Assembly (NCBI RefSeq): GCF_000143415.4
Contig: NW_003314406.1
Coordinates: 291,532-314,664 of the forward strand
Length of the DNA: 23,133 nucleotides
DNA from: Selaginella moellendorffii
Lineage: Eukaryota; Plantae; Lycopodiophyta
Direction of reading: 5' to 3'
In this document: positions 21,095-23,133 of the stretch, one piece after another
How the letters are laid out: each line of letters starts with the position of its first letter
How positions within the stretch are numbered: position 1 is the first letter of the stretch
The notes under the pieces: generated by a model
The model's input: the letters and a program-made list of their open reading frames with translations, nothing else
Databases searched by the model: none
Told to the model about the DNA's origin: nothing
Position numbers and translations under genes: made by a program

Positions 21095-21831
21095 GGGTGG
21101 CCTTGCATCCACAAACATAGAGCTCCTCCTATACAAGTGCCTCTTTATAGGCAGAACCATCACAAAAAATGAATAAAAGCATTTCAACTTTTACCACATG
21201 TTTTAATCTAGGCAGTCATTTGAAAGTGATAAAATAGTAACTGCCCGAGTCCTCTAGGTGAGAATGGAATTGAGAGATAACATATAATATATACATAGTA
21301 TATAGTAAAGCAGAGATTCTTAATATATGCAATCATCTTGAATTAACTCTATCATTTGAATTTTGTAGCTCCATTGACACCCTAAACCTCTTCAAATAAA
21401 CAATTAAAAATTAAAAATTTAATAAAATTTATAATATTTTTATTTTAATAATTTTTTAATTATCTTGTTTTTCTTAGTCCCTTTTTAAGATAGATTGTTA
21501 TCTAAAAATATTTATTCACAAGATTTTCTCCAATCAAAAAGTTTAAAATTTTAATTTTTTAATTTATAAATTACATCAACTAAGGTAGGTTTGATGAAGA
21601 TTGATTTCTCAACTCTAAAATCTATTAAACCCACTATGATCAGTTGAGACAGGAAAAAAAATGAGTGTTTTTTAGTGTTAGAGGCAATTGTTCATATCTA
21701 CATGCACCTCATAGTCATCCACTCATCATTTTGTTGCTCCTACTCATCTATAGTTTCCAGTTTTTGAAGTTGCAGCATCTTCTTGCTTTTCTGCACGCAA
21801 TTTATCTATTTCATAAAGGACTTATGGTTGT

Positions 21832-21950
21832 TTTACCTGACCATTAACAATTGTCATCGGAGTGTCTTCACCAACATCAATGTCTTCAAGATGCAAAGAA
21901 TCTGCATTCAGGTGCTTTTCAACTTTGACAACCCTGCCCACTCTGATATG
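21832..21950 (-). pseudogene. Fragment of a tRNA-binding OB-fold domain (MetRS C-terminal/EMAP II/Arc1p-like)
   Basis: HIRVGRVVKVEKHLNADSLHLEDIDVGEDTPMTIVNGQVK matches the family pattern DIRVGxIxxVEKHPxADSLYxExIDVGExxPRTIVSGLVK. Confidence 0.85.
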
Positions 21951-22034
21951 GGAAAAACTCTCCAGATCGCAGAACAAATATCGCACCTAGACTTCTATCA
22001 AGACACTCACATAGAGTGCTTCTCAAGTTGTGTC

Positions 22035-22235
22035 TCTGCTGTGCACAATCCTTATGCCCTTAAACCATGATACAATGCATGCACGAAGGTGGTCTTGTCA
22101 GGATGGCTACTGTGGTGGAGCATTCCCTGGAATACACAAGGCTAACCATTTTGATTCCAGGCTAAGAGCATTCACAAAGTCCTCTCAGTTTTTTTGGAAG
22201 TAGACCTCTGAACACGTTGCATATAGCATGACCAA
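22035..22235 (-). pseudogene. Degraded PLS-class PPR gene fragment
   Basis: Across frameshifts: LVMLYATC ... NAL ... QNG ... VFQGMLHHSSHPDKTTFVHAL ... GIRIVHS. Confidence 0.55.
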
Positions 22236-22441
22236 TTTCCAAGGACACTGGAGGTTGCAAAACCAACTCTATGCCTCATTTCAAGTGGCAGTGGCCTTGA
22301 TGATAGAGCCACGTAAGATCCAGTTTATGGATTACATGGTTTAGGTCTAGAGCACAAGAAGAACATTGTTTTGGTTCACAGTCCAAGACTGGACTGGCTG
22401 ATTCTGTAATGAATCTCTTCAACTCTTTAGAGGTCTCCCAC

Positions 22442-22518
22442 TTTCCCAATCTGGTCTTCCACTGGGAACTTGATGTCCAGTCTGACCCCGGTGGAATTGG
22501 GCAATTTGTTCCAAGCAA
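22442..22518 (-). pseudogene. Fragment of a SKU5/SKS-like multicopper oxidase gene
   Basis: LGTNCPIPPGSDWT, a 1-bp deletion, then KFPVEDQIG, versus the family motif GTNCPIPPGxNWTYxFQVKDQIG. Confidence 0.8.
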
Positions 22519-23133
22519 TGTCTTATGAACTTAGACAACATTCTTGGAAGAAAACACTTAAATGAAACTTTCCACCGTTGCAAAACATATGATAGAGAAA
22601 AGCTCAAGATCAAAGTAGTTGGTGTTGTTCATAGCAAGATAGGGATATTTTCCTGCATGTCTCCCTGCAGCAGAGAGCATTTTTGAGCCTTGGCATATCC
22701 TCCCAGATGGCTGCCATGACCTTGGTGCTCTACGACATGGTGCTCAAATTATCCTTGCTTGGATCTATAGCTGTTACAGCATCGCCTGGATCTGGGATTG
22801 AGCATTGCTGATCTCGATCATTTTGCTTATGCAAAGAAAAGAGCCAAGATAGGAGAAGGATGTAAACCAGTCTGCTGTTTTGCCTCAAATTTCTATCCGC
22901 TGCCACAAGCCAAGGACACGCTCTTGCTAATTACTCTCAAGAAAGCTCCTCCTTGGCAGAGAGCCCTTTGATTCCACCAGAGGCATCTGATAAAATTAGA
23001 ATTATTTTTCTCACGTCCACAGCGCTTCCTTGGCAACGCAAACACAAAGAACCATTAACTCAAAACTCAAAACCACCTCTTTACCATTAACTCAAAACCA
23101 CTCCATTCCCATAAAGAAATACAGTTTGCTCAG

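Overview
This is repeat-rich land-plant genomic DNA. The 47-57 bp GT-AG introns, TTTAGGG repeats, PLS-PPR remnant and plastid PDH remnant suggest a lycophyte such as Selaginella, but that is inference. There are three assembly gaps. Bases 1-10309 form one 10.3-kb DNA transposon bounded by a perfect 23-bp inverted repeat (1-23 / 10287-10309), inserted into the pol region of an older Ty3/gypsy element (10310-12387). The transposon carries two divergent genes. The first (- strand) is a Sola1-like/DUF7869-type DDD transposase with two N-terminal Tnp1/En-Spm-like domains and a single +1 frameshift. The second (+ strand) is a spliced cargo gene, intact over its visible part, encoding an acidic tract, a Pro-rich repeat and an FCP1/SCP-like HAD domain. 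About 20 copies of a 22-bp spaced palindrome (ATGGCRTG-N6-CAYGCCAT) are scattered from end to end of the element, including in frame within both genes, and I saw none outside it. The intergenic region also holds (TTTAGGG)4 and a histone-promoter type-I-like element. The rest of the window is an AT-rich spacer, a plastid pyruvate dehydrogenase E1-alpha pseudogene, a non-coding LTR-type element with asymmetric terminal repeats, and a mosaic of unrelated host-gene fragments (tRNA-binding OB fold, PPR, SKU5-like).
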